Shown: piece by piece, positions 11,292 through 21,261 of the stretch | Numbering within the stretch: position 1 is the first letter of the stretch | Layout: each line of letters opens with the position of its first letter | Assembly: GCA_029855935.1 (NCBI GenBank) | Contig: JAGSHN010000027.1 | Span: 64,001-128,000, forward strand | Direction of reading: 5' to 3' | DNA from: Candidatus Thorarchaeota archaeon | GTDB lineage: Archaea; Asgardarchaeota; Thorarchaeia; Thorarchaeales; Thorarchaeaceae | DNA length: 64,000 nt | Notes under the pieces: model-generated | Database searches by the model: none | What the model saw: the letters and a program-made list of their open reading frames with translations, nothing else | Told to the model about the DNA's origin: nothing | Made by a program: the position numbers and the translations under genes

Positions 11292-12124
11292 TCAGCAAGC
11301 GACAAACCCTTGGAAATCAGGATGGTCGAAGAATCGAACGCGACTAAATCTGTCGTAGTCCTCGTCTGACATTCCGACTTTCAACGCCAGTGAAACAGCC
11401 ACACGCTCCATCGGCGTAAGGTCGCCGCTGGGAGCCTTCTCAACCATAGAAACATCGCGTCCGTAAAAGTATGCCACTCTGGCGTCACGTGCGAGCTTTT
11501 CGCGGATGCCAAACTTGGTCAGTATCAGCATCACGATTTCGTCCTCCGAGAGCGGTAGCTCGCTCTTTGAATCGGCGTTGAACCAGAAGATGGCCCACTT
11601 CAGACCACCAGTCGAGCTTCGCTCGTGAGGCGACAGTATATCGTCAACATGGTTTACCACATAGAAGACAGCCCCGATGAGCACAGTCCCAAGCAGAGCC
11701 GCGGGCGCCACGAATGGAAAAACATCCAGATTGGCAGTGAAGAACAGCGCGCCGAAGTTTCCGAGAGCGATGAGGAAGAGTATGCACCAGACACACGTGA
11801 CATCATCACCGCTCATGGCGGAGCCACCCAGACAGAGAAGCGCAAAAACGCAATCGGCGACCAAGACAATAACTGAAACAATCTCCCCGAAACCGAGGAG
11901 ATTGGCCAGCACATAGCCAGGATAGAGGACGATTCCAGCGCCATATCAAGAGCAGGAGGGCCCTCGAATCCGCCTATTATTCGCGACAACGACACATACA
12001 GAAACAGCAAGGACACGAGAGTCAAGAGAATCCCCCGACTCTTCAAGTACTCCTCTGCCTCATATGTAACCACGGAATACACCCCATAATGGTACCCTAC
12101 AGGATATCCGAGTATGCCCACCAA
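11292..12124 (-). pseudogene. probable frameshifted membrane protein (ORFs 11813-12124 and 11292-11912)
   Basis: Two overlapping hydrophobic frames; restoring one base near 11948 joins ...GFEGPPAL to YGAGIVLYPGYVLANLLG...; no ATG start for the upstream piece. Confidence 0.45.
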
Positions 12125-12541
12125 GGAATATGTTTCTATTCTGTGTTTACAGATATCTGCCCGTGCAGAGTTTCACGACACTGAAGAGGAGTTAACTGTT
12201 TGGAGAGGCGAACACCACAGTGGTCAATTCAGTGGTTCTTTCTGCAATCACTATGAGAGAAGCGACAGCACCACCAAGAACAACGGATGCTCATTAGGCA
12301 CACGTCTTGCAGAAACTCCCTCTTTCCAAGCGTTCTCGCAGAGTCTCGTACACCATCGTCACGCCGTGAGATCCTGATACTAGGCGGTAGTGGCATCGGA
12401 AGCGTTAGCGCCTGCGATGGCCGCGAACGGTGTAGGTTGAATTGCTGGCGTCAAGCCCGAACAGTAGTCGCACAAACAGCCGCCTTGACCTCAGGCAGGG
12501 TAACCACAATGAATCTACCATAGAGAGATTTTTCAGTACCG

Positions 12542-15500
12542 CTACGCACGATCCGGGTACAACAACAGTGTTTCAGCGAGAAGACCCGATAGATACACGT
12601 CTGTAGTGAATGGTCTAGACAGTATCTCAGGATGATGCATAGCAATTTTCTCGCGGTCCGAAAGCTCCTTTAGCGACGGAATGTTGTATAATCTTAGAAT
12701 CTCCGCTACCGCATTGCACCAAATCGTCGACTCGAAGAAAGGTCCTGCTTCCGCCTCAAGGCTACGGAGCTCCTGAACCCTGAAATCTTTCAGGCGCTCG
12801 AAGTTTTGAACAATCCTACGATGGAGAAACTTGGGCAACGTCAAATCTCCTTCTTTGTCGGGCCTGTACTTCCAACTCCATAGATAGATAGACACGCGTT
12901 TCTCTTCGCATTTCCTGTCGAGAAACTGCTGAATTTTCTTCAGTAGATCTTTTGTCACTCCCTTGCGAGCAAACGTGGTGGACAATTCAGAACACCTACC
13001 CCCCTCATTGGTGAGAATCTTTTCTGCCTTATCCCGTAGCTGACTCAGACACCTGGGCAACAGACTCTTCGTCCCAGCGTGCCTGAACCAGTGGTAGAAA
13101 GGATTATCGGTACTGTTCTTGTTCCGACGAAACACGGAAGAAGCTGGACATAAACCACAGGATGTTTCGGAATCCTTATCCAAGACACGGCACGGGTTGT
13201 CATCAGCGAAAGCGAACACAAGAGAAACTCTGGTCACATATTCATCAACTAGGGCATACTCGTAGAGTCGTTTGAGAAACGAGGCGACATCTTCTGCCAG
13301 CTGTTGATCTCTCTCCGTTACCTTCTCTCGTCTACTCTCTGAGAGCTGGGTAACGAGCTGGACAAGTTCAGCGATGTTTCGCAACTGGGCCTCATGAATC
13401 AGAACTCTCACGTTGCTCCTTGCAATTCTACATCGGAAGTCATCGCACGAATGGTAGAAGGTCTTGCGTCTGAGCAGGATTGCCGGACTGTCAGTCTTGA
13501 CGGAACCACGGGAGCGGCCCAGCTTGAGCTTGGACGCGGCCCTGAACAGTGTTTCCAATGCAAGAAATGTGGCACCGGGAAAGTTCTGAAGGCAAAGGCG
13601 GACTTCTGCTAGGGCACGCACCTTTCGCTCCAGCCCACGCTTCGTGCCTCTGGCCCTCGTCCGGGTCTGATACGTCGTGTTTCGCCCTATCCATTTTGCC
13701 CCTCGCGTCCACCTCGGTCTGAGGTATCCCTTGCTCCACCCCGTCCCTCTTGCCCCTCTCATCCACCTCGGTCTGAGGTATCCCTTGCTCCACCCCGTCC
13801 CTCTTGCCCCTCTCATCCACCTCGGTCCGGCGTGTTTCCGTGGAGGAAGTACATGGACAACCTCGAACTCATTCTTTCCGAGGAGAGAGAGAACTTCGTT
13901 GGCAAGAAACTCCCACAGGTCTGCGTTCCAATAGGGGATAATCATCAGTGACTCAAAGACATCTTTGGGTTCTATCGTGGGTTCTTCAGTACCATTCAGA
14001 GTCGAAGCAGAGCTAATCTCTATCTCGGATTCTTCAGTGCCATTCGAATCTGAGCGTTGCTTCGACCCTTCAGCAGGCACCATACCAGAGAGCTCCAAGT
14101 ATGAGAAGCGTCTCGGCTCGTGTCGTTCGGACGTATTGCTGCCTCGGAGAGGCGCCACATCCGGGTACGCAAGGATGTACGAGATGTCAACTGACCGTTG
14201 GAAATTTATTTCGGGCGCTGGACCACCAGTTGGGCCTTTGGATCTACCTGTTGAGGGCTTCTTCGTGGGTCTCGTTGAACTATGAGTCGCGACTCCGGAC
14301 GGGTCCGTAGCCAGACCCCCGCGCAAAGCGAGTGGACACAAAGATCGCTCCGGACAGTTGACCTCTTGAGTGCCGACTAAACGACCAATTGTGTCGATCA
14401 ACAACCCTTGCGCATGTTCGTCGGTCGAACGAACAGAAATCCGGTGGATTGGGCCACTATCATTGCAGGCAACGTTCTGCGGACGGAGGATGGCTGCAGC
14501 CGTAAGCATAAAGTGTGAATGCCTAGCATCGCGACTATGAAACTGCTTTTTCCCGGACTCCTCATCACGGACCGCCAGTCCGTGGGACCGTGGACAGTAT
14601 TGTGCCGAAACGTGGGAGAGATCGAGTTTCAGAACGTCACCCGCCCTCACCCGACCACGAGCACGTTTGTTGCGGGCTAGGCCGGTCGGGTCTCCGTAGT
14701 GACAGAGTGCATCAAGGATACTCGTCAGCACACCGGGGTAGTCATCTACACAGAGATCCATTGAGAACGAAGGGCCAAGTGACAAGTCATAGACACCTTT
14801 GTTACTGACCGGAATCCTTACGGGCTCGGGCCCGCCACGGGCTGACAGCACCGCTCCAACGATGGACCCAAAGCTATGCCTAGGAACGTACGACAATGCG
14901 ACGCTATTGAATGCCATCCCCCAATAGAACGCCAGAGTGTCGCCTCTGTTGTTGCCACTCCCACCGCCTCCGCGCAATTCCAACCAGCGTTTTGAGAACC
15001 GGCCCAGAAGAGAAACCACTTCGTCGCTTTCATAGCCTGACAGACCGACTATTATGCTAGGAACAGAAACGCCGTTCTGGGTGTTTCTCGACCTTTCGGA
15101 ATACCTTAGCAAGTCATAGAGATAGAGAAGGTTTGTTCTAGAAGATCCGGTGGATACCACGACAACATTCGGCTTGACAATGTCCAACAGTTCCCTTAGG
15201 GAATAGATGCCATCATGAGGGGTAAGATGCGCTGTACACGTGAAACTCAAAGAGTTTCCAATCTCAGAACCGAAATGTAAACTCCACTTATACTTCTCGC
15301 CCCTAGAATCCTTCTCGCCCCTAGAATCCTTCTCGCCCCTAGAAGAAGTAGACTGTCCGGTCTCGGCAGACTTGTAGAGATAAGGCCTCTGGCTTTCGTC
15401 ATCGGTAACTATGTGAACATCCAGTGGGCATGTCTGGCCCCCTTCAATACTAATTCCTTCTCTCACCAGACCAACACAAAGACTGTGAAGCATAAAGCGA

Positions 15501-17041
15501 ATTGGCTCATTGAGTCCGAGAATCATGACTTTCGCGGGCTTCTCGCTGCTCAACAAAGTCACAAGGACATGAAGTAGTAGTCTGCGACCCAGTGTAACAG
15601 TACCTGTCAGGAGTGCGGGATAGAATGCCCGAATTTGTCCTTGGCCAATCTCATTGTTGGGCAAATCGAATCCGCTTCCCGCTAGCTGCAACTGATGAGT
15701 GGAACGCAGTACCCGAATTATTCTCAATTGGTCGCGCTTGGCGTCTTCGTGTGCCCCCTCTCGTGGGTCACGAAACGGAATCTCGTCTATTTTCTGTTTC
15801 CAGAGGTGAAAGCCCTCTGGCAATGGATCGAGTACAGCAATGACTCTTGCGTCTTGCGGGTTCAGCAGGTCTATGGTTGAAAAGGTAGCCTCGCCTCTCA
15901 GTATACCGACAACGTATTCATCTGTTGAGTGCTCCATGCTGACGACGCGGATGTACAGCTGTCCCAGTAGCACAGATCTACTATCGAAGACAATTCTCTT
16001 GTGAATGAGATCTTCGGGCTTCTCAATGAGAACAACATTTGCAATTATCTTGAGATTGGCCACACCCCTTTTCCCAAGTGCACGGCCATCTATGAGAACT
16101 TCGCGTTCGCATCTTGATGACTGCCTAGAGAGAATCTCAGATTCGTAGTCGCTCTCGCTACTCGCGACGAGGATGATGTGATCACTCATAGAGAGAATCA
16201 GCCGCTCAAGGGTCTTCGTGAGATGGTCCTCAAGGAGGCGATCCATATGCCGCAGGTCGTCCAGAGCCTGAAGCACAATGCCTATCGAGGGAATGACAGA
16301 CCCTACGCCCAGAAAGAAGACGGTCCATATGTCAACAGGAACAGACCACAGGAACATCGCCTCAATGGCTATAGCTGATATTGCCGAAACCAATGTGATG
16401 GTCTGACGCGTTGCAGACTGAATGAGAATGAACGGGCGAGGAGGCAGACCTCTCACCATAGCGTAGACTAATGCCGTTCTAATGGTTGAGAAGATCACAA
16501 GGGGGAAGAGGCCCAATATCTCAGGTGTCCGGATCACCACAGAAAAAGTGCCATCGGCCATAGGGACAGTGAGGATACACTCTGCCAGCCATGCGAGAGC
16601 TAGACAACACTGCGTTCCCAGACTTGTCCTGTCAATCTCAGGCTCAGTGCGCCGAGCAAGATGAACATAGACCGCTGTGACGGTCAGCTCGACGACTACA
16701 TCGAGCCAACGGAGAGGAATGGCATGGACGAAGGGCTCAAGACAAACAGGCGAGAGGAGATAGTAAATGGGTGGCCACGCGGGCATTGACAATAGCGGAG
16801 CAGCCGCGCTTGGCAACTCTGTCGTACGCCAGACAAGTCCGGCCCTAAAGAGCAAACCTACAAATCCAAACATTACCTGAAGCGCAGCATAACAATTCCA
16901 GAATTGATTCCAGTCTTTGACCCGTGCTTCCCTGTGAATCGGCTCAAAGCCCAACTGCATCCACCCCTGCCAGCCTCTAGCCGAAGTGGAATCCGGTTTC
17001 GCAAATCCGTAATTTAAGCTTTCCAGTAGCAGGGGCCTCAA
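12542..17041 (-). CDS. large orphan membrane protein (N-terminal TM bundle, possible Rossmann/RCK-like and ACT-like domains)
   Basis: 1499-aa uninterrupted ORF; about 6 TM helices in aa 50-260; beta-alpha segments DHIILVAS and KVMILGL; ACT-like LCVDDYPGVLTSILDAL and LCLQNFPGATFLALETL. Confidence 0.7.
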   Translation of the reverse strand: MRPLLLESLNYGFAKPDSTSARGWQGWMQLGFEPIHREARVKDWNQFWNCYAALQVMFGFVGLLFRAGLVWRTTELPSAAAPLLSMPAWPPIYYLLSPVCLEPFVHAIPLRWLDVVVELTVTAVYVHLARRTEPEIDRTSLGTQCCLALAWLAECILTVPMADGTFSVVIRTPEILGLFPLVIFSTIRTALVYAMVRGLPPRPFILIQSATRQTITLVSAISAIAIEAMFLWSVPVDIWTVFFLGVGSVIPSIGIVLQALDDLRHMDRLLEDHLTKTLERLILSMSDHIILVASSESDYESEILSRQSSRCEREVLIDGRALGKRGVANLKIIANVVLIEKPEDLIHKRIVFDSRSVLLGQLYIRVVSMEHSTDEYVVGILRGEATFSTIDLLNPQDARVIAVLDPLPEGFHLWKQKIDEIPFRDPREGAHEDAKRDQLRIIRVLRSTHQLQLAGSGFDLPNNEIGQGQIRAFYPALLTGTVTLGRRLLLHVLVTLLSSEKPAKVMILGLNEPIRFMLHSLCVGLVREGISIEGGQTCPLDVHIVTDDESQRPYLYKSAETGQSTSSRGEKDSRGEKDSRGEKYKWSLHFGSEIGNSLSFTCTAHLTPHDGIYSLRELLDIVKPNVVVVSTGSSRTNLLYLYDLLRYSERSRNTQNGVSVPSIIVGLSGYESDEVVSLLGRFSKRWLELRGGGGSGNNRGDTLAFYWGMAFNSVALSYVPRHSFGSIVGAVLSARGGPEPVRIPVSNKGVYDLSLGPSFSMDLCVDDYPGVLTSILDALCHYGDPTGLARNKRARGRVRAGDVLKLDLSHVSAQYCPRSHGLAVRDEESGKKQFHSRDARHSHFMLTAAAILRPQNVACNDSGPIHRISVRSTDEHAQGLLIDTIGRLVGTQEVNCPERSLCPLALRGGLATDPSGVATHSSTRPTKKPSTGRSKGPTGGPAPEINFQRSVDISYILAYPDVAPLRGSNTSERHEPRRFSYLELSGMVPAEGSKQRSDSNGTEESEIEISSASTLNGTEEPTIEPKDVFESLMIIPYWNADLWEFLANEVLSLLGKNEFEVVHVLPPRKHAGPRWMRGARGTGWSKGYLRPRWMRGARGTGWSKGYLRPRWTRGAKWIGRNTTYQTRTRARGTKRGLERKVRALAEVRLCLQNFPGATFLALETLFRAASKLKLGRSRGSVKTDSPAILLRRKTFYHSCDDFRCRIARSNVRVLIHEAQLRNIAELVQLVTQLSESRREKVTERDQQLAEDVASFLKRLYEYALVDEYVTRVSLVFAFADDNPCRVLDKDSETSCGLCPASSVFRRNKNSTDNPFYHWFRHAGTKSLLPRCLSQLRDKAEKILTNEGGRCSELSTTFARKGVTKDLLKKIQQFLDRKCEEKRVSIYLWSWKYRPDKEGDLTLPKFLHRRIVQNFERLKDFRVQELRSLEAEAGPFFESTIWCNAVAEILRLYNIPSLKELSDREKIAMHHPEILSRPFTTDVYLSGLLAETLLLYPDRA
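13696..13827. repeat. 54-bp in-frame tandem repeat (about 2.4 copies)
   Basis: Unit tccacctcggtctgaggtatcccttgctccaccccgtccctcttgcccctctca starts at 13708, 13762 and 13816 (partial); encodes PRWMRGARGTGWSKGYLR. Confidence 0.95.
13971..14045. repeat. degenerate 48-bp-period duplication (NGTEE..IE twice)
   Basis: tctatcgtgggttcttcagtaccattc at 13971 and tctatctcggattcttcagtgccattc at 14019. Confidence 0.7.
15293..15344. repeat. 18-bp in-frame tandem repeat (about 2.9 copies)
   Basis: cttctcgcccctagaatc at 15293, 15311 and 15329 (partial); encodes SRGEKD. Confidence 0.95.
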
Positions 17042-17197
17042 ATGCAGTATTTCGTAGAGAGGATTAGAGATGTGTCTTCAGGTCATCCGTATCCCCTCAC
17101 AATGGTAGACACAAACAGTCGCAATTGCAACACGGACAAACACGGAAAGGACAAACGCCGACCGGGCATCCGCAAGGCCAGAAAACCTTGAATGGAA

Positions 17198-17344
17198 TCA
17201 CGTTGTTACTAACCCACGATTCTCGTCAATAGCGCGGTCATAGAACGATTTCTTGTACACAACATCACGAGGAAGATATGAACGACCCTTTGCCCCTCGA
17301 ACACGCGCCACGAACTTCTTCAGGCGATATACTGTTTTTAGCAC
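17198..17344 (-). CDS. putative small basic protein (48 aa)
   Basis: GAGGTG SD-like motif 6 nt before GTG; MLKTVYRLKKFVARVRGAKGRSYLPRDVVYKKSFYDRAIDENRGLVTT; AT-rich promoter-like region upstream. Confidence 0.3.
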   Translation of the reverse strand: MLKTVYRLKKFVARVRGAKGRSYLPRDVVYKKSFYDRAIDENRGLVTT

Positions 17345-17567
17345 ACATTTCACCTCGTGACCATACATCTATCATTGCAAGTCATGGCTGCCGGGGAATG
17401 AGATGCATTTTCTCGTGATATATGTAGTTCTTGGTACTTTTATTGCAATCAGTCCTCAATCATTCAGACCTTTGTTCGTAGAACGACATCTTAAACTTTC
17501 CCCTGCGCACAATATAAGGATAATTGGTATTCCTAGATGCTAGCAATGGCCGTAGACTGACACACTC

Positions 17568-18710
17568 CTAGTAAACTCGTTTCTCAACGTGGACTCCTCG
17601 CTCCGCAAGTTCTCTCAGGAATGGCTCGGGCGGAATAGAAACCTCTGGAGGCAACACTCCTCGCTGTGAGATTGTCCCATCTGCAAGCATGACAGCGGCT
17701 ATCGCAGCAGGGAATGACGTGGTCCGCATCATTGATGTCAGCCCCGTCTTCTCGTCATAGTAGTCGATCATCTCGAATTCAACCCTCCGCGACTCCGTGC
17801 CCTTCCATCCCTCCACAGTGACACGTAGTAGAGTGACGTCCTTACCGCTCGGTGGTAGGTTCCTCTCAAGGAGCCGCTCAAGCACGCGGCGCGGAGCAAT
17901 CCTGACGCCGTCAAAGTCCTGCTCCTCGCTGTCCATAAGACCGAGCTTCATCAGGCACCACATCTTGTGGCCGTGTCCAGGATAGCGAATCGTCTTGTAA
18001 TCGAGGTTCTTGACCTTGCCCTCGTAGGTCAGCGGGAGAGTCGATGTCCCACCGCTGGTGTTGAACGCCTCAAGGGTGCCAAACGGCTCCGGGAACTCAA
18101 TCTGCTCAAATCCGACGAGAGGGTCCTCGAACGTGATCTTGCCGTCGCGGAGGACCATGCACGGCTCGACGTACTCGTTGATGAGCCCCTCGACCGAGAA
18201 GACCAGCGAGTAGTTCAATGGTGGGCGGGGTTCCTGTTGCAGGCCGCCGACCCGAATCTTGACACTCTCCACCGAGGTCAGCTCGTCTATCCCCGCACGT
18301 GCAAGAACATTCGTCAACCCCGGTGCAAGACCACAGTCAGGAATGACGGTGATCCCGGCGTCTCGTGCGCGGTCGCTCATCTCGAGCTGCCGGCGCACCA
18401 CGTGAAGATTGCCTCCGAGGTCGCACATAGGGGTGCCAGTCTCGATGGCGACCTCCGTGTGCAGCTCGTTCACCGTGTAGCTGACTGCGCTGACTACGGT
18501 ATCTACCTCAGAGAACAGCCTCAGCAGTGTATCTCTATCCCTTGCGTCGACCTGCACAGGACGAGCCTTGTCGCCCATCTCGCGGGCAAGCCGCTCGGCA
18601 GCGCTCAGATCGATATCACCCACAATCACCTCATCGACCTGCCCGTGGCGTACAAGGTCGAATACTGCTCCTCGCCCCATAAGACCGGCACCAAGCACTA
18701 GAACTCTCAA
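17568..18710 (-). CDS. saccharopine dehydrogenase / lysine 6-dehydrogenase family
   Basis: VLGAGLMG, DLGGN, DCGLAPGL, FSVEGLINEY, YKTIRYPGH. Confidence 0.9.
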   Translation of the reverse strand: MRVLVLGAGLMGRGAVFDLVRHGQVDEVIVGDIDLSAAERLAREMGDKARPVQVDARDRDTLLRLFSEVDTVVSAVSYTVNELHTEVAIETGTPMCDLGGNLHVVRRQLEMSDRARDAGITVIPDCGLAPGLTNVLARAGIDELTSVESVKIRVGGLQQEPRPPLNYSLVFSVEGLINEYVEPCMVLRDGKITFEDPLVGFEQIEFPEPFGTLEAFNTSGGTSTLPLTYEGKVKNLDYKTIRYPGHGHKMWCLMKLGLMDSEEQDFDGVRIAPRRVLERLLERNLPPSGKDVTLLRVTVEGWKGTESRRVEFEMIDYYDEKTGLTSMMRTTSFPAAIAAVMLADGTISQRGVLPPEVSIPPEPFLRELAERGVHVEKRVY

Positions 18711-18976
18711 GAGCCACCACCAACCACTCTGAAGACATCAATCACTGGTATCGGCGAGTAAAAACGGTATCGAAAACAACAGCCGCATCGAAGAAGACTG
18801 TTCTTTCAATGAACACAGGAACGGAGAGGACAAGTCAATCATGCTGTTTCCGCCCCTCAGACTGCAAAGCACGGCGCCCACAACGCCTGACTCGACGCGT
18901 CAGTTGAAAGGCTTATAGGACCGTTTGTACCTCCTGCACAGGCCGGTGTGTAATCTCACTCAAGGAGGAGTGACAT

Positions 18977-19780
18977 ATGGACAAGAACGCACTAGCGGCT
19001 GTGGCCTTGATAGTTGGAATCGTCATAGGCCTTGGTGCAGGGTATGTGGTCTTTCCAGCAACGACCCCAACCCAGCAGCAGGCTGGCCTAGTGGAACAGA
19101 TCCAGCAGAGAGGCTACATAATAGTTGGGACCAGCACTCCGTGGATGCCCTTCGAGTTCTACAACGAGACAAGCGGGCAGTATGAGGGTTTCGACATAGA
19201 CCTAGTCAACCTGATCGCTCAATACCTCAACGTGACTGTCCAGTGGAGCGATATGGGCTTTGACGCGCTTGTCGGCGCCTGCAAGGCCGGTACGGTGGAC
19301 ATGCTGGCAGCAGCGATGTTCATCACGACCGAGCGGGCACAGGAGCTCGCATACTCCATCCCCTACATCCGCACCAACGAGGTCGTAGTGGTCGCAGGGA
19401 GCTCTACCCTTGCAATCAACAACCTGACCGACCTTGAGGGATACACGGTGGGCGTGCAGACTGGTACCGTGGAGGACGAGGAGCTCTCCGACCTCGTCAG
19501 TGGTGGCACGGGAATCACCCTTCAGAGGTACACAAAGGTGGACCTGATGTTCCAGGACCTGATAGCCGGAACCTTGGACGCGGTCTACGTCGATGAGCCT
19601 GTGCTCACTGTGTACCAGAAGGTCTACAGCCTGAAGAACATATTCACGGTGCCAGCGCCTCCGACAGCGTTTTATTGCCGGTACGACTCGCCCGACCTGC
19701 TTGAGGCGATAAATACCGTCCTGATAAACGCCTACGCGGATGGCACTCTGGACACACTGGTCGCAAAGTGGTTTGGGTGA
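18977..19780 (+). CDS. polar amino acid ABC transporter substrate-binding protein
   Basis: N-terminal anchor, PFEF..GFDIDL, GVQTGT; GGAGG SD upstream. Confidence 0.92.
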   Translation: MDKNALAAVALIVGIVIGLGAGYVVFPATTPTQQQAGLVEQIQQRGYIIVGTSTPWMPFEFYNETSGQYEGFDIDLVNLIAQYLNVTVQWSDMGFDALVGACKAGTVDMLAAAMFITTERAQELAYSIPYIRTNEVVVVAGSSTLAINNLTDLEGYTVGVQTGTVEDEELSDLVSGGTGITLQRYTKVDLMFQDLIAGTLDAVYVDEPVLTVYQKVYSLKNIFTVPAPPTAFYCRYDSPDLLEAINTVLINAYADGTLDTLVAKWFG

Positions 19781-19786
19781 GGTAGT

Positions 19787-20473
19787 TTGCAGGGACCGGA
19801 CATCCCGAGACTGTTTGCCGTCATAATGGAGAGGGGTGTCCCGGCTGCCCTGCAAATCACCTTTTTTGGTCTTGGCCTCGGCCTGCTGGCAGGGCTCTCA
19901 CTGGCGCTGATGAGGGTATATGGCACAGCACCAATGAGGACCTTCGCGGAACTCTACGAGAAGACGTTGAGAGGAATCCCCGTTCTGGTACTCATCTATA
20001 TCTTCACCTTTGGCGTTCCCGGACTATTCTGGTTTGTGGACCCACTCTCGCGGCCAATAGTGGGCGCTTACGTCGCGCTCGGCATCAGGAGCGCTGCATA
20101 TCAGTCACAGATATTCAGAGGTGCAATTCTCTCGGTCGGCGAGGGACAGGTGCTTGCTGCAAGGTCCCTAGGCATGACCAACTTTCAGGCGCAGGTCTAC
20201 ATCGTGCTTCCACAGGCGTTCAAAATCGCGCTGCCCGCCTGGTCGAACGAATATGCGGTGGTCATCAAGGACTCTTCGTTCGCCTCCGACGTTGGGGTCT
20301 TTGAGATTCTGAAGGTGTCCCTGAACATCACGGCCTCTGATCCGAGGCTTTGGCTACCAGCAATGCTTGTGGTTACGCTCATCTACTTCATATTCACCTA
20401 TCCCGTCACTCGGTACTTTGGAAAGAAGGGCGGCGGGATGGCACAAGTCGGAAGGGAGATAGTCTGGCAATGA
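19787..20473 (+). CDS. amino acid ABC transporter permease
   Basis: LRGIPVLV, SAAYQSQIFRG, ARSLGM loop, IKDSS. Confidence 0.92.
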   Translation: MQGPDIPRLFAVIMERGVPAALQITFFGLGLGLLAGLSLALMRVYGTAPMRTFAELYEKTLRGIPVLVLIYIFTFGVPGLFWFVDPLSRPIVGAYVALGIRSAAYQSQIFRGAILSVGEGQVLAARSLGMTNFQAQVYIVLPQAFKIALPAWSNEYAVVIKDSSFASDVGVFEILKVSLNITASDPRLWLPAMLVVTLIYFIFTYPVTRYFGKKGGGMAQVGREIVWQ

Positions 20474-21261
20474 GTGACATCGTACTGAGAGTCGAAGATG
20501 TATGGAAGTCCTTCGGGGACCTGCAGGTCCTCCGCGGAATATCGTTTGATGTCGCGGAGTCCGAAGTTAAGGTGATATTTGGTCCCAGCGGGTCAGGAAA
20601 GAGCACCCTACTCAGATGCATAAACTATCTTGATCCGCCAGACAAGGGGGAGATATACCTGAGGGGCAAACGACTAGGAGACCCTGACACCGACATCAAC
20701 AAAATTCGATCTCGAATTGGTTTCGTCTTCCAGCACTTCAACCTCTTTGCCCACTTGAAGGCGATAGACAACGTAGCAATTGGTCCTGAGAAGGTTCTGG
20801 GCCTGTCAAAGGAGGAGGCTAGGGAGAGGGCGATGCGCGCACTGAAACATGTCAAGATGGACAAGTGGGCAGACCACTACCCGGCTCAGCTGTCGGGAGG
20901 GCAGCAACAACGAGTCGGGATCGCTCGCGCGCTCGCGATGGAGACCGATGTTATTCTCTTTGATGAGCCGACATCCGCGTTGGACCCAGAACTGATAGGC
21001 GAGGTTCTACAGACAATGCTCGACATTGCCAAGGAGGGTACGACAATGGTCGTCGTCACCCACGAGATGGGCTTCGCAAGGTCGGTGGCGGATGAGATGA
21101 TCTTCATCGATGGCGGAGTGATAGTCGAGAGAGGGACACCACATCACTTCTTCACGTCGCCTGAATCAGAACGGGTCCAACAGTTTCTACACAAGCTCGA
21201 CGAGTTGTACGGGCAGACACGTGACGAACGCAGAACAATTGCGGAACGGGATCAAGAATGA
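20470..21261 (+). CDS. amino acid ABC transporter ATP-binding protein (GlnQ-like)
   Basis: GPSGSGKS, LSGGQQQR, FDEPTSALDPE, THEMGFA; ATG at 20470 overlaps the permease stop (ATGA). Confidence 0.95.
   Translation: MSDIVLRVEDVWKSFGDLQVLRGISFDVAESEVKVIFGPSGSGKSTLLRCINYLDPPDKGEIYLRGKRLGDPDTDINKIRSRIGFVFQHFNLFAHLKAIDNVAIGPEKVLGLSKEEARERAMRALKHVKMDKWADHYPAQLSGGQQQRVGIARALAMETDVILFDEPTSALDPELIGEVLQTMLDIAKEGTTMVVVTHEMGFARSVADEMIFIDGGVIVERGTPHHFFTSPESERVQQFLHKLDELYGQTRDERRTIAERDQE

Noticed and set aside
13696-13827. CRISPR-like array
   Set aside because: The repeats are head-to-tail with no unique spacers, in-frame within an ORF, and no cas genes are present.
11200-17560. Prophage, IS or integrative element call for the island
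   Set aside because: No recombinase, transposase, structural gene or flanking direct repeat was identified.
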